From the NCBI RefSeq assembly GCF_006345805.1, contig NC_042997.1:111724001-111788000 (forward strand): a DNA stretch of 64,000 nucleotides. The letters are read 5' to 3'. Positions 1 through 11,802 of the stretch are shown in pieces. Each line of letters starts with the position of its first letter. Within the stretch, counting starts at the first letter, position 1. Under the pieces are notes generated by a model. The model worked only from the letters and a program-made list of their open reading frames with translations. It did not search any database and was not told where the DNA came from. The translations under genes were made by a program, and so were the position numbers. The stretch comes from Octopus sinensis. Lineage: Eukaryota.

Positions 1-544
1 CGTATTATTGACAGCAGTAGCTTTATGTCAGGTGATAAAAGGTTTTATGGCAGGTGTTTAGCTCAATAAAGATGCAGGAGACTGAGGAAATAAGTAGTAG
101 AGTTGAATCATGTGTCTTGCATTCTTCGAGGTGGTGCTCCAGCATGGCCACAATCAAATGACTGAAACAAGTAAAAGATTGAATGATGATGATGGTGTTG
201 GTGGCGGTGGTTGTGATCATCATCATCATCATCATCATCCATGGTTTTAAATCTGAGTTTTGACCCCATTAATGAGGGTGACTGGATCTACCACAATGCC
301 ATAGCAACTGAGGCAGACAGGTGCAGCATATCCTGAAATTTGGGCTAGCTGGGGCCTGTCTTTCCTTGCTATCATGAGGTTTTTTTAGAACTAGATATTC
401 TACAGGGAGCATGCCCTTGCTTACCTCCAGCCTCAGTTTCTAGACATGAGTGGTCCTAAGACCAAGCTTCTACTTCGATTTTTAAGAAATGTAGTGGAAA
501 ACTAGCTCAGGAAGGCAGAGACACAACCCCCTGAGGTCCCTTTC

Positions 545-860
545 AGAGCCCTCTATTTGTGATGTTTTCAATAAAGAAGAAAGAATATGTTTCTTTATGG
601 ATGGTAGACAAAGATCATGAGAAAATAGCAAAATACCAGAAGCCGAGGAACAAACTTCCAAGAATTTGGAACTGCCATAAAGTTATCTTTGACCTAATTT
701 TAACAGGAATTTTTAGGAACGGTTGCCAGAAGTCTGAATGGTTGGTTGAGGGTGTCAGATATCGAGAAAAATGTCCTGACTCTGCAAAAAGCCTGTTTAT
801 TTTGCACAGTTTGGATTATAAGAAAGGCGCTAGATACCCGAGGTTGCAGGATGCAAGTTG
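545..860 (+). mobile_element. Degenerate 3' end of an RLE-type (R4/Dong-like) non-LTR retrotransposon
   Basis: Frameshifted fragments ...EKIAKYQ...RIWNCHKVI... and ...SLNGWLRVSDIEKNVLTLQKACLFCTVWIIRKALDT fit the restriction-like endonuclease C-terminus (EK..KY...W; LQK..L.GT..I.RK.L). Confidence 0.6.
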
Positions 861-1064
861 TTGCAATTTTGAGAGGAAGGGATTCACCATTACTATTGAC
901 TCCAGTATTTGACTGGTAGCTGTCTTTATCGATCCCTAGAGGGATGAAAGGCAAAGTTTACCTGGGTGGAATTTGAACTCAGAACACAATGAGTCAGAGG
1001 AAATGCTGCTGAGCATTTTCTCCAATGCATTAATGGTTCTGTCAACTTCACTACCTTAATAAAG

Positions 1065-1550
1065 ATCATCGTCATCATCATCATCATCATCATTTAATGT
1101 CTGCTTTCCATGCTGCCAAGAGTTGGACGGTTTGACTGGGGACTGGCAAGCCAGGAGGCCACACCAGGCTCCAGTCTGATCCAGCAAAGTTTCAACAGCT
1201 GGATGCCATTCCTAATGCCAACCACTACAAGAGTGTAGTGGGTGCTTTTTATGTGCCACCAGCATGGGAGCCAGTCAGGCAGCACTGGCATCAGCCATGT
1301 TCGGATGGTGCTTTTTATGTGTCACTGACATGGGAGCCAGTCAGGCGGTACTGGCATCGGCCATGTTCAGATGGTACTTTTTACATGCCACTGGTACAGG
1401 GAGCCAGCTGGGGTTGGCATCGACCACATTCAGATGATGCTTTTTACATGCCACCGGGGAGCACTGACAACGACCCACTCACAAATGGTATTTATTGTGT
1501 GCCACCAGCACGGGAGCCAATCAGGTGGCCCTGGCATTGGCCATAACTAC
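1065..1550 (-). mobile_element. RTE-LINE 3' end (family C) with (GAT)n tail and internal ~65-bp repeat units
   Basis: Plus strand shows the (atc)n tail, then tttaatgtctgctttccatgc, ggatgccattcctaatgccaacc and repeated ggtgcttttt...gccac units; same 3' end as the ORF-bearing copy at 46250-47995. Confidence 0.8.
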
Positions 1551-2384
1551 AATTTTCTTTTGAGACAACAACATCAATATTTTCATGGGTGAGTCAAAGA
1601 AAGAAGAGATGCACTGGTGACTTCTCAAAGGACCCTGAGACTAGTGGAGCGGGAGGGGACAGGAAGAAACGACAACCCATGGCTTATTACAGTAAGAAAC
1701 ACCTCAGAAAGATATTGAGTTATTTCCCCTTACATTATGCATCTGGTCTGCTTATCAACAGAGTAAACTGTACCAAAGGCGCCCCATCCCCGACCATCAC
1801 TTCAAAAGGCCATATGGAGATGTTAAACTGGGTCAAAGAATACATCTACCCTTCCAGGAACAGATAAGATTATCTGATAGATAACCTGACACTTTCTGTC
1901 TGTTGTGTCTCTCTTATGATATTTGGGTTGACTCAATATGATGGTAGAAAATTCCCTGCAGCAAGATTGAACTTGAGACCTCATGGTCACCATTTAATGG
2001 TGCAGAGTAGGCCAGCCACTTTATAGAAGAGGTTAGATGAACCAGCTGATTCCGGAGATTTGATATTTATTTCATCGACCTTGCAGGAATGAAACACAAA
2101 AATCCACCCCAGTTTGAAATGTACTACCCCAGTTTGAAGTGTAGAGACAGACTGGACCGATCTTTTACCTTTTACTTATTTTCTGTCATGAGATTGTGGC
2201 CATGCTGGAGCAATGCTTTGAAGAATTTTTAGTTGAATGATTAAACCCCAGTACATTTTTCTTTTTTTTTTAAAGTCTGGTACTTATTCTATCAATCTCC
2301 TTTCCTGAATCACTAAGTTACAGGGATGTAAACACACACACACACACACAAATATACAACAGGATTTGACTGATAATTCCTGTG

Positions 2385-2815
2385 CCACTCTGAGGTACTC
2401 TTGTACATTTTCTGTGGTACTCTGAGGTATTTTATTTTATTTACTGTGGTACTGCAAGGTCCTCTGTTACACTTACAGTTGTACTTTGGAATACCCTGTT
2501 ACTCTGTATTTCCTGTGATACTCTTTGTTACTCCATATCTAGTGTTGTTCTGTCACATATACTGTGATACTCTGTTACTTCATATACACTGTGGTACTCT
2601 GTTAACTCTATATATACTGTGGTACTCTCTTAATTCACATATACTGTGGTACTCTCTTAATTCACATATACTGTGGTATCCTGTTACTGCACATAAACTG
2701 TGGAGCTCTGACACATCACAGTTATTATGGTACTCTGAGGTACTCAGTTACTCTGCATTTACTGAGGTACTTTGTTACTCTCCACAATTAGTCTTGTACT
2801 CTATACTTCTGTAAC
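2385..2815. repeat. Degenerate minisatellite (~27-bp unit, ctgtggtactctcttaattcacatata-like)
   Basis: Recurrent tgtggtactct/ctgttact motifs; near-exact adjacent 27-bp copies around 2617-2670. Confidence 0.7.
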
Positions 2816-2931
2816 TTCATCACTATGTCTAACAAGTGAGTATCTATGCAATTACAGTTGTTCCTCATGAGGCATGTTGGTCATGGATGGAATGCCTTTC
2901 ATAATAGTAAACTTGGGTTCAATAGCAACAG

Positions 2932-2964
<33 letters not shown>

Positions 2965-3394
2965 AAATTTGAAACCAATGAAAGAGTCTCTACACAGGTC
3001 ACACAAACTGCTAGAAATAGCAGCGAGATGCTCCTCATATTTCATTCTACAGTCTTTAAAAGGTACATTAGCTAGTGCACTCCTAGAAACACAGGCTCTT
3101 GGAGAAAGATAGGTGGGGGTGGGGGACAGAGAGGCAGGAGTGAGAGACAAGATAGAGAGATGCGCCAGAGACAAAGAGAGAGACATACAGACAGACAGGA
3201 GGAAAGTATTTTAAATTGAGTGTTTTGTGTTTAATCCCGGTTTTATTATAAACATAAAACGTGAATCCTCTGCAATTAAACAGAAATTGGTTTTGCAGAA
3301 ATGCAAGACAAATGGAAGAGAGAAAAAATCTGAATATAGAATGGAAATTAAATGGAGTTTTGCAAAGAGATCGATTTTATAATGATGACAGAAG

Positions 3395-3765
3395 GCAGAG
3401 CTTTTGTCATTGTTGCTTCCCAATCACATGGTTCTGGGTTCAGTTCCATTGTATGGCACCTCAGGCCAAGTGTTTTCTACTATAACCTCAGGCTGATCAA
3501 AGCCTTGTGAGTGGATTGGGAGATGGAAACTGAAAGAAGCCTGTGGTGTGTTTGTGTGTGTGTACCTAGCTACCTTTAACAACCAATATTGGTGTGTTTA
3601 TGTCCCTGTAACTTAGCAGTTCAGCAAAAGAGAATGATAGAATAAGTATCAGGCCCCCAAAAAATCAATAAGCATGTGGGTAGATTCATTTCACTAAAAA
3701 TTCTTCAAGGTGGTGCCCCAGCATGGCCAGCATCTAAAGACTGAAACAAGTAAAAGATAGAAGAT
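3395..3765 (+). mobile_element. tRNA-derived SINE, family B
   Basis: Head gggttcagttcc, body ccaaagccttgtgagtggat...gaaactgaaagaagcc, internal (TG)n, tail gccccagcatggcc...gactgaaacaagtaaaaga. Confidence 0.8.
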
Positions 3766-3865
3766 GAAAAAATCTAATGTTTTCTGGGTTTCAAAACCCT
3801 AGATTCTTTTTCTCGTTGGTCTTCATTTGTCTTTTCACTCAATTGTTTGGTTTTTCAGTTTTCAG

Positions 3866-3909
3866 GTTGCAGAGTTCTGCTACACCACAGTTTACATGTT
3901 GGGCAAACG
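3866..3909 (+). CDS. Candidate penultimate coding exon (VAEFCYTTVYMLGK-R) of an unidentified plus-strand gene
   Basis: Acceptor tttttcagttttcag and donor CG|gtaagg; 44 nt, open frame; phase matches the exon at 4966. Confidence 0.45.
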
Positions 3910-3924
3910 GTAAGGAGTACGGAG

Positions 3925-4395
3925 AGCAAGCTATAAGGAATACGAGGAGCAAGCTATAGGCTATATGCAAGACAGAACTATGCTATATGCACAGCAAGCT
4001 ATAAGCTATATGCTGGACAAGCTATATGCAAGGCAGGCTACAAGCTATATGCAAGGCAGGCTTCAAGCTATATGCAAGGTGGGCTGCAAGCTATATGCAA
4101 TGCAAGCTGCAAGCTATATCCTGGACAAGCTATATGCAAGGCAGGTTACAAATATATGCAAGGCGTGCTGCAAGCTATATGCTGGACAAGCTATATGCAA
4201 GGCAGGCTACTGGCTAGATGCAAGGCAGGCTACAAGTTATATGCAAGGCAGGTTACAAGCTATATGCTGGACAAGCTATATGCAAAGCAAGCTACATGTT
4301 GGAAAGCTATATGCAAGGCAGGCTACAAGTTATGTGCAAGGCAGGTTAGAAGTTATATGCAAGGCAGGTTACAAGCTATGTGCAAGGCAGGCTAT
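3925..4395. repeat. Compound minisatellite of ~23-bp (gctatatgcaaggcaggctacaa) and 16-bp (gctatatgctggacaa) units
   Basis: Directly visible tandem units; explains the three overlapping ORFs at 3965-4453. Confidence 0.9.
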
Positions 4396-4602
4396 AAGAT
4401 CCTCTTGGGGGGATTTGAACCTCAACAATAAAATAATCAGTTTGCAATCATGAGTATACATCTACAGTTTCAACCAATCAGTTTGAAGCTGTGATGTGAT
4501 ATGGCTTTTTGAAAATTCTAGAAATTTTCACCCCTGTTAAATTCTAGAAATTTGCTAAATTTCAGAAATTTGCACTCTAGTTAAATAGTTTGGCACCTAA
4601 AT

Positions 4603-4885
4603 CACAACAGACCACAGTAATCCTTCAAGCAAGACAGGTCACAACAGATCACAGCTATCCTTCAAGCAAGACAGGTCACAACAGACCGCAGCTATCCTTC
4701 AAGCAAGACAGGTCACAACAGACCACAGTAATCCTTCAAGCAAGACAGGTCACAACAGACCACAGCTATCCTTCAAGCAAGACAGGTCACAACAGACCAC
4801 AGCTATCCCTTCAAGCAAGACAGGTCACAACAGATCACAGCTATCCTTCAAGCAAGACAGGTCACAACAGATTACAACTAGCTTT
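4603..4885. repeat. 37-bp minisatellite, about 7.5 copies (ccttcaagcaagacaggtcacaacagaccacagctat)
   Basis: Unit starts at 4622, 4659, 4696, 4733, 4770, ~4808 and 4845. Confidence 0.95.
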
Positions 4886-4965
4886 CAAACAAAACACATT
4901 GTGGTTCTCTTCTCCAAACTTCAACGATGTGCAATGGTTGTTGTATCTTCACTTTTCTCTTCCAG

Positions 4966-4981
4966 ACAGCTAAATGTCTAA
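4966..4981 (+). CDS. Candidate terminal coding exon (R-QLNV*), followed by a short 3' UTR with AATAAA at 5071-5076
   Basis: Strong acceptor tatcttcacttttctcttccag; completes the phase-2 codon from 3909; TAA at 4979-4981; poly(A) signal about 90 nt downstream. Confidence 0.4.
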
Positions 4982-5265
4982 GCCAATGCTGTAAATCTTA
5001 TTCTTGCTTACTATTCTGATAACCAGTGAATCTGTGATAATTTGCATGTTTATGTGCACAGTTTTCTATCAATAAAATACAGTTGAGTGTTCATGAGTTT
5101 GTTTATTCAATATTCCATAGAGCTAGCCCGATCAAGATATGCCATTATGCTTTCTAACGATAAGTTACACAAATATTCAAGCTCTCGATTCTGTATTCAG
5201 TCAGTAGTATCTGTATTTCACTGGCATAGAAGTGTGGTAAAAGGGTAGAGTAGAATTTCTTGTCT

Positions 5266-5575
5266 GAGACCCCTTTCGGTCATGATTGACCATGGGATTG
5301 CACCTAGAAAGTTACCCTCCCAGGCACAAGTCCGGGCAACTCCCATGCATACCGGCCTCCCCTCTCCACACCACTGATGTTATCCAAGGGAAAGGCAAAG
5401 GGGCCGATACAGCTTGGCACCTGTGACGTCGCAACTCATTTCTACAGCTGAGTGAACTGGAGCAACGTGAAATAAAGTGTCTTGCTCAAGAACACAACAC
5501 GCAGCCCGGTCTGGGATTCGATCTCACAACCTCACAATCGTAAGCTCGACGTTCTTACCACTGAGCCATGTGCCT
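5266..5575 (-). mobile_element. tRNA-derived SINE, family D (CORE-like central block)
   Basis: Minus strand: A-box tggctcagtggtaag, B-box gatcgaatccc, then ttgagcaagacactttatttcacgttgctccagttcactcagctg and a tail ending cccatggtcaatcatgaccgaaagggg; second copy at 10844-11176. Confidence 0.8.
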
Positions 5576-6068
5576 TTCTTGTCTAAGCCTACAAATAAAT
5601 AAGCATAACAGAGACAACAGCTACATGTTATTAACCTTTTTAATTAATCATAACACAAAGAGACTTCTGAGATCCCTTCATTTATATCACATAGGAGAGA
5701 AGGGTGTTGCTATAGTTCCATAAACTACCAATATGTTTCAGTTTTAGTTTTCACTCCTCCTGGGCTGATAAAATAAAGTACTGGGGTCAATTTGATCAAA
5801 AGTATTCCCCTTCAATAGTTGAGGTCATGTGACAATGTTAGATAGAAATTGCTAATTTGACTTTCAAACAGTAAGTAGTTACGTCCCCTTATGTACAGTT
5901 ATTTTTCTACTGTAAAGAGTATGTGAAATGGTCGAGAGTTCAGTGACAAAGTTCCACTCCAAACTGCACACCCCATACACCCCATTCCATATGCCACATT
6001 AAAATAAATGACATGATAAATAGCTCAATGATTTAGTCCCACTCTACACTCGACAGTTCAGTGATTAA

Positions 6069-6290
6069 CCCTTTCGCTACCAACTCAGTTGAAACTGGCT
6101 CTGGCTCTGTTGTACAAATGTCTCGTTTTCAAAAGTTTTTAATAAAAATCTTCCACCAAACCTTAGTCACAATTTATGTTCCTAACACAAGCTTAATGAT
6201 AACTAAGTCATTTTACAAAATTTTTTGTTATATTTAAAATTAATTGAAAGAAACACAGAGCATCTCAAAATAAATATAGTAAGGAAAGGG
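6069..6290. mobile_element. piggyBac-type MITE with TTAA target-site duplication
   Basis: TTAA(6065-6068)-CCCTTTCG...GGAAAGGG-TTAA(6291-6294); no coding capacity; further copies at 34541-34701, 48664-48864 and 48896-49114. Confidence 0.85.
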
Positions 6291-6599
6291 TTAAGGTGCA
6301 CTTCACACTTCATATTCCACACTCAACAGTAAAAACAGCAAGGGAGGTAGGGGACAGTTCAATAACTCAGTCCCATTCCACACTAAATACTCCAGGAACT
6401 TACTCTCACTTGACATTCAGCAGTTCTTAACCATTCTTTACCCATGGGTCCCTTTGATTCCTGTTTACTTAGGTAGACCCTCATAGTCATTCAATGTTTA
6501 AAACAGGGGTCTCCAGCGTGGTTGATATCGACCCCTAGGGGGTTGATGCGAGTAAATGCACATCTACTTAATTGTTATTATTATTTATTTACTTTCTTA

Positions 6600-6828
6600 T
6601 TTCTTTATTGCCCACAGGGGTCTAAACACAGAGGGGACAAACAAGGACAGACAAACAGATTAAGTAGATTATATTGACTCCAGTGCGTAACTGGTACTTA
6701 TTTAATTGATCCTGAAAGGATGAAAGGCAAAGTCGACCTCAGCAAAATTTGAACTCAGAACGTTGCGGTAGACGAAATACCGCTAAGCAATTCGCCTGGC
6801 ATGCTAACATTTCTGCCAGCTCGCCACC
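6600..6828 (-). mobile_element. tRNA-derived SINE, family A (full length)
   Basis: Minus strand: ggtggcgagctggcagaaatgttagc (A-box), gagttcaaattt (B-box), gtcgactttgcctttcatcctttc, tail ...gtgggcaataaagaaa. Confidence 0.85.
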
Positions 6829-7154
6829 TTTTGTGTACATGTTTGGGGGTTCGTGAGGGAGTCAAGGATTCCATGAAGGGGCCAAAGGTCTCTGGTTTAA
6901 AACATTTTATAATTAAATTTTAGGAATCGGGTTCAGTCCCACTGCGTGGCACTTTGGGTAGGTGTCTTTCACTATAGCCCCGAGCTCACCGGAGCTTTGT
7001 GATTGAATTCGGTAGGTGGAAGTTACTGCCGTGTGTGTATATGTGCGTGTAGGTGCTTGTGCCTCTCCGAAAGAGAGAGAGGGAATTGTATAAAAAATTG
7101 TTAAAATCTTTTTGTGTGTCGTAGAAGTATAACCAGCCTATTGTCCTTTATCTC

Positions 7155-7545
7155 CTACTTGTTTTAGTCATTAGATTGTGGCCATGCTGGAGCACTGTCT
7201 TGAAGAATTTTTGGTTCAATGAGTCGACTGCAGGACTTGTTTTTTTTAAAGCCTGGTACTTGTTCTATTGATCTCTTTTGCCAAATTGCTAAGTTATGGA
7301 GATGGAAACAAACCAACACCGGTTGTGAAGCAGTGGTGGGAGGCAAACACAGATACAAAGACACACGCACACAGACACACACACACAATGGGCTTCTTTC
7401 AGTTTCCATCTTCCAGATCCACTCACAAGGCTTTGGTCAGCCCGATGCTGTAGTAGAAGACACTTTCCCAGGGTGCCACACAGTGGGACTGAACCCAGAA
7501 CCATGTGGTTGGGAAGCATATTTCTTACCACACAGCCACGGATCC
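7155..7545 (-). mobile_element. SINE family B
   Basis: Complete family-B module order on the minus strand with internal (CA)n. Confidence 0.8.
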
Positions 7546-7961
7546 CCAAGGGTCAACTAGACCCTGGCTGAGAGCCACTGGTCTAAGTGATACCACTAAC
7601 AATTCTACCAGCTCTCAGATTGTCCAGTTGATGTGCCAGTCCAGCCCATTATCTCTTCAGTAATTGCGATTCTCTAACAGACGAGACATGGCAATGGAAT
7701 TATTACCATTCCATTGATAGTGTTGATTATAAAGTAATGTCTTTTATGAAGAAAATATATTGGATTGTCTCCAATAGATTCAACAGAAGAACCAGAACCA
7801 TGGATAATTGAATATCAGAGGAAATATTTGGCAGAGTGTCTTTCTCAGAGAGATATTTACCGAAAATTGAATTATCTTCAAACCATGCACAAGAATCTTT
7901 ATTTCTCTTTGGTTATTTTTGCATCTTTGAAAAAAACAGGATTTCTTCATTTTTGCGCTTG

Positions 7962-8321
7962 GTTTGCAGTGTGGCTGTGTGGTAAGACGTTTGCTTCCCA
8001 ACCACGTGGTTCTGAGTTCGGTCCTACTGTGTGGCACCTTGAGCAAGTTTCTTCTACTATAACCCCAGGCTGACCAAAATCTTGTCTGGGGATTTGGTAG
8101 AAGAAAATTGAAAGAAGCCTGTTGTGTGTGTGTGTATGAATATATATTTATGTATGCATGTTTATGTGTGTGTTTGTCACCGTCCATCTCACACCCCTTG
8201 ACAACCATTTTTGGTGCGCTTACACCTTCATAACTTGGCAATTTAGTAAAAGAGATTAATAGAATAAGTACCTGGTTTAATAATAACAACAACAACAACA
8301 ACAACCATAATAATAATGATG

Positions 8322-8376
<55 letters not shown>

Positions 8377-8470
8377 GCACTGTAGTAGATTCGTTCAGTA
8401 AAAATTCTTCAAAGTGGTGCTCCAGCATGGCCACAGTCTAGTGACTGAAACAATTAAAAAGTGAAAAAAA
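7962..8470 (+). mobile_element. SINE family B with a long (AAT/AAC)n expansion at 8280-8335
   Basis: Head gtggctgtgtggtaag, body, (TG)n, (AAT)n, tail gtgctccagcatggccacagtc. Confidence 0.8.
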
Positions 8471-10056
8471 AAAGTTTAAGATTCTTGATGTGAATTTATA
8501 TGTTGAAATGGATTTTGCTGTATCTTGGGAGGGTCATTATGCTAACGATAAACACATGCACTGAATGTGGGAGACAGACATGAAGCAGATCTGAAGTAGA
8601 GAGAGGAGATGTCATTGATGAGATGGTCATGGCTGAACAATTAATCAAATAGTCAATGAATTAACTGGTTAAATAACTAACCAATTAATTTATAACAATA
8701 AAAGAAGTGAAATAGGACCAGTGTGTGTTTATTATTCACATAATGATCCTCTCAAGATACAACAAAAACAGAATTCTTGTGAATATCAGTAGAATATACA
8801 GCATTAAAAAATTGTTAAATATTCTTTTCTACTCTAGACTCAAGGCCAGAAATTTTGGGGAAGGAGGCTAGTCGATTAGATTGACCCCAGTACACAACTG
8901 GTACTTAATTTATCGACCCTGAAAGGATGAAAGGTAAAGTCAACCTCAGCGGGAAAAAATTGTTAAATATCATAAAAAATGGAATTACCTGTAACTAATT
9001 AGTAATTCTTCAAGACTTCTTCATAACAATTTGTTTAAGCAGTAAGGGTGTCACCCTCTACAGTCATTAATTCATTGACTGGCAGGACCCATAGAAATTC
9101 CACAACTAATTTTGTGGATCAGTGTTAGCCATAAATATTTCCCCACTCAGTAATGATGTGTCATTTCTTTTGTAATTCTTTGAGTAATTCCAAGGAAATC
9201 TTGTCTGATCTCTTCAATCATGTTTTCCTCTTTTAACCTATTTTTGTCTCATTCTGGTTTGTGTAAAATATTCTTGCTTATCACCATCGTTCGTATTTTG
9301 TCTTCTTTTTGATTAGCTATTTTCATTATTTCCTTTCTATTAGCTTCAACTTTGTTATTCATCATCAGACTCTGCCTCATCACATACTTTTACTTTCACT
9401 TCTTCTCAGTATGACAGATTTTTTACACCACAGGAACCTACTTTTTTACACCACAGGAACCTGCTTTTTTACACCACAGGAACTTGCTTAATATGTAATT
9501 AGTTATAATTAATTTTTAAAACTCCCTTGAAATGGAAGAAATGGAGAAATGAGGACTAACTACATTGATATTTACAAAACTAGAATTCTTCACCCCACAA
9601 CGATCTTCAAGGTTAGGAAATACTTGAAACCTTAACTGTTATTAATTCACTACAAAGTTCCAGTAAGACAGACACAGGAATTTATATCATTCCTATGGTT
9701 GAAGCAAGGTGAATGAGATATATTCATTGTGTAATGGATGACTCTAGTTGGTGGTTATATGAACAAGTCTTGAGAATGGCATTGAGAGCTCAGTGTGGGG
9801 TCTTGGCTATGGGGTTTGAATAGGATTTAAAAAATTTAAAGAACTCATAAAATTATGGAATAACTTCAAAAGATTGATATGTAGAACTTTAGTAGTTACT
9901 AACCAGACTGACCTGTGCTGGTGCCATGAAAAATGCACTTGTATTGGTATCACATAAAAAGCACCTGTGCTGGTGCCACAGAAAAAGCATCTGTACTGGT
10001 GCCACATAAAAAACACCCAGAACACCCTGTAAAGTGGTTGGCATTAGTAAGGGCAT

Positions 10057-10095
<39 letters not shown>

Positions 10096-10619
10096 CTGTG
10101 TTTGTGTCTTCTATGTTTGTCCTCCCCCCAATTGTTTGACAACCAGTGTTGGTTTGTTTATGTCTCCATAACTTAGCAGTTCATCAAATGGATTCAATGG
10201 AATAAGTACCAGGCTTTTTAAAAAAATGTATCAACTGGGGTTGATACATTTGATTAAAAAATTCCTCGAGGCTGTAGTCTAATGACTCGAACAAGTAAAA
10301 GATAAAAAATAAACGACAGAGAAGTGCAACAAATAAATAAGACTGCTGGAAAATGTTGTTGTCTGCAACTAGATTGAAAATATGCAAATAGGCAACTAAT
10401 TAAATGAGTTTTTCTCAAAGTATTTAGTGTGTTTTACATATTGAAAATTTTATTAATTTGAAAAATTAATTAGATCTTCGTTATGATAAAGTTGAACATT
10501 TAAACAAATTTCTAAATTATACAGGTTATGAATAATTATTTTTTAATGATATCTATGACTTCTTAATGAACTGTAACTGATAATCAATCAATAATTAATC
10601 AAATTAAATTACACATCCA

Positions 10620-11385
10620 TATCTTTTATCTTTTATTTGTTTCAGTCATTAGGCTGTGGCCATGCTGGATCACTGCCTTGAAGAATTTTCGGTCAAATGA
10701 ATTGACACTAGTACTTTATTTTATTAAGCCTGGCTCTTATACTATTGGTCACTTTTGCCAAATAGCTAAGTTACATAACCACACCAATGCAGGTTCTCTG
10801 GTGGTGGCACAGACACAAAGACACATACACATAGATATAGGGTGACCACCTTCGGTCATGATTGACCATGGGATTGTACCTAGAAAATTACCCTCCGAGG
10901 CACAAGTCCAGGCAAGGTTGTTTTATGGAAGGCCAGCAGTTGCCCATGCATACCAGTATTCCCTCTCCCCACCACTGATGTTATCCAAGGGAAAGGCAAA
11001 GGGGCCGATGCAGCTTGGCACCAGTGACGTCACAACTCATTTCTACAGATGAGTGAACTGGAGCAACGTGAAATAAAGTGTCTTGCTCAAGAACACAACT
11101 CGCAGCCCGGTCCGGGAACCAAACTCACAACCTCATGATCATAAGCTCGATACTCTAACCACTGAGCCATACACCTTCACACACACATAGATATACATTG
11201 ATATATATATATATATATATATATATGATAGGCTTCTTTCAGTTTCCATCTACCAAACCTACTCACAAGGTTTTGGTTGGCCTGAAGCTACAGAAGAAAG
11301 ACACTTGCCCAAGGTGCCACACAGTGGGACTGAACCCTGAACCATGTGGTTGGGAAGCAAACTTTTTACCACACAGCCATGCCTA
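10620..11385 (-). mobile_element. SINE family B interrupted at its internal microsatellite by a family-D SINE (10844-11176)
   Basis: B tail at 10620-10830 and B head at 11225-11385 flank a full D copy that sits in the (CA/TA)n tract. Confidence 0.75.
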
Positions 11386-11771
11386 ATTATTAATGATAAT
11401 TGTTAATTTAGTGACCCATTTGTAAGAGTTGATGGCTTGAAGTCTGTTGTTGGGAATACACTGAATCCTGAGCTGAGATGTGTCAGTTCACTCATCTATA
11501 AATAGTTACCATGAGGAGGTACAATATCTCCTCTCACCCCAGTTCATGGAGCTATTTGCTGTAAAGGAAACTGAGGTGTTTCATTTGCGTTCAATGTTGT
11601 AATCGAATCTTTCCATGGATTTGAAGAATGTGATTTAAAAACACTCTGGTGTAAGCAGACATTATCTCCAGATGTCCAGATGGATTATCAAACACTGATA
11701 ATCATTATCTATAGATGTAAGTAGGAATTATAAAGCAAAATAGAATAGGAATTATCTACAGATAGGGACAA

Positions 11772-11802
<31 letters not shown>

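Noticed and set aside
3965-4973. ORFs of 119-162 aa (3965-4453, 4072-4431, 4590-4973)
   Set aside because: Arise from stop-free minisatellite units that probably lie in an intron.
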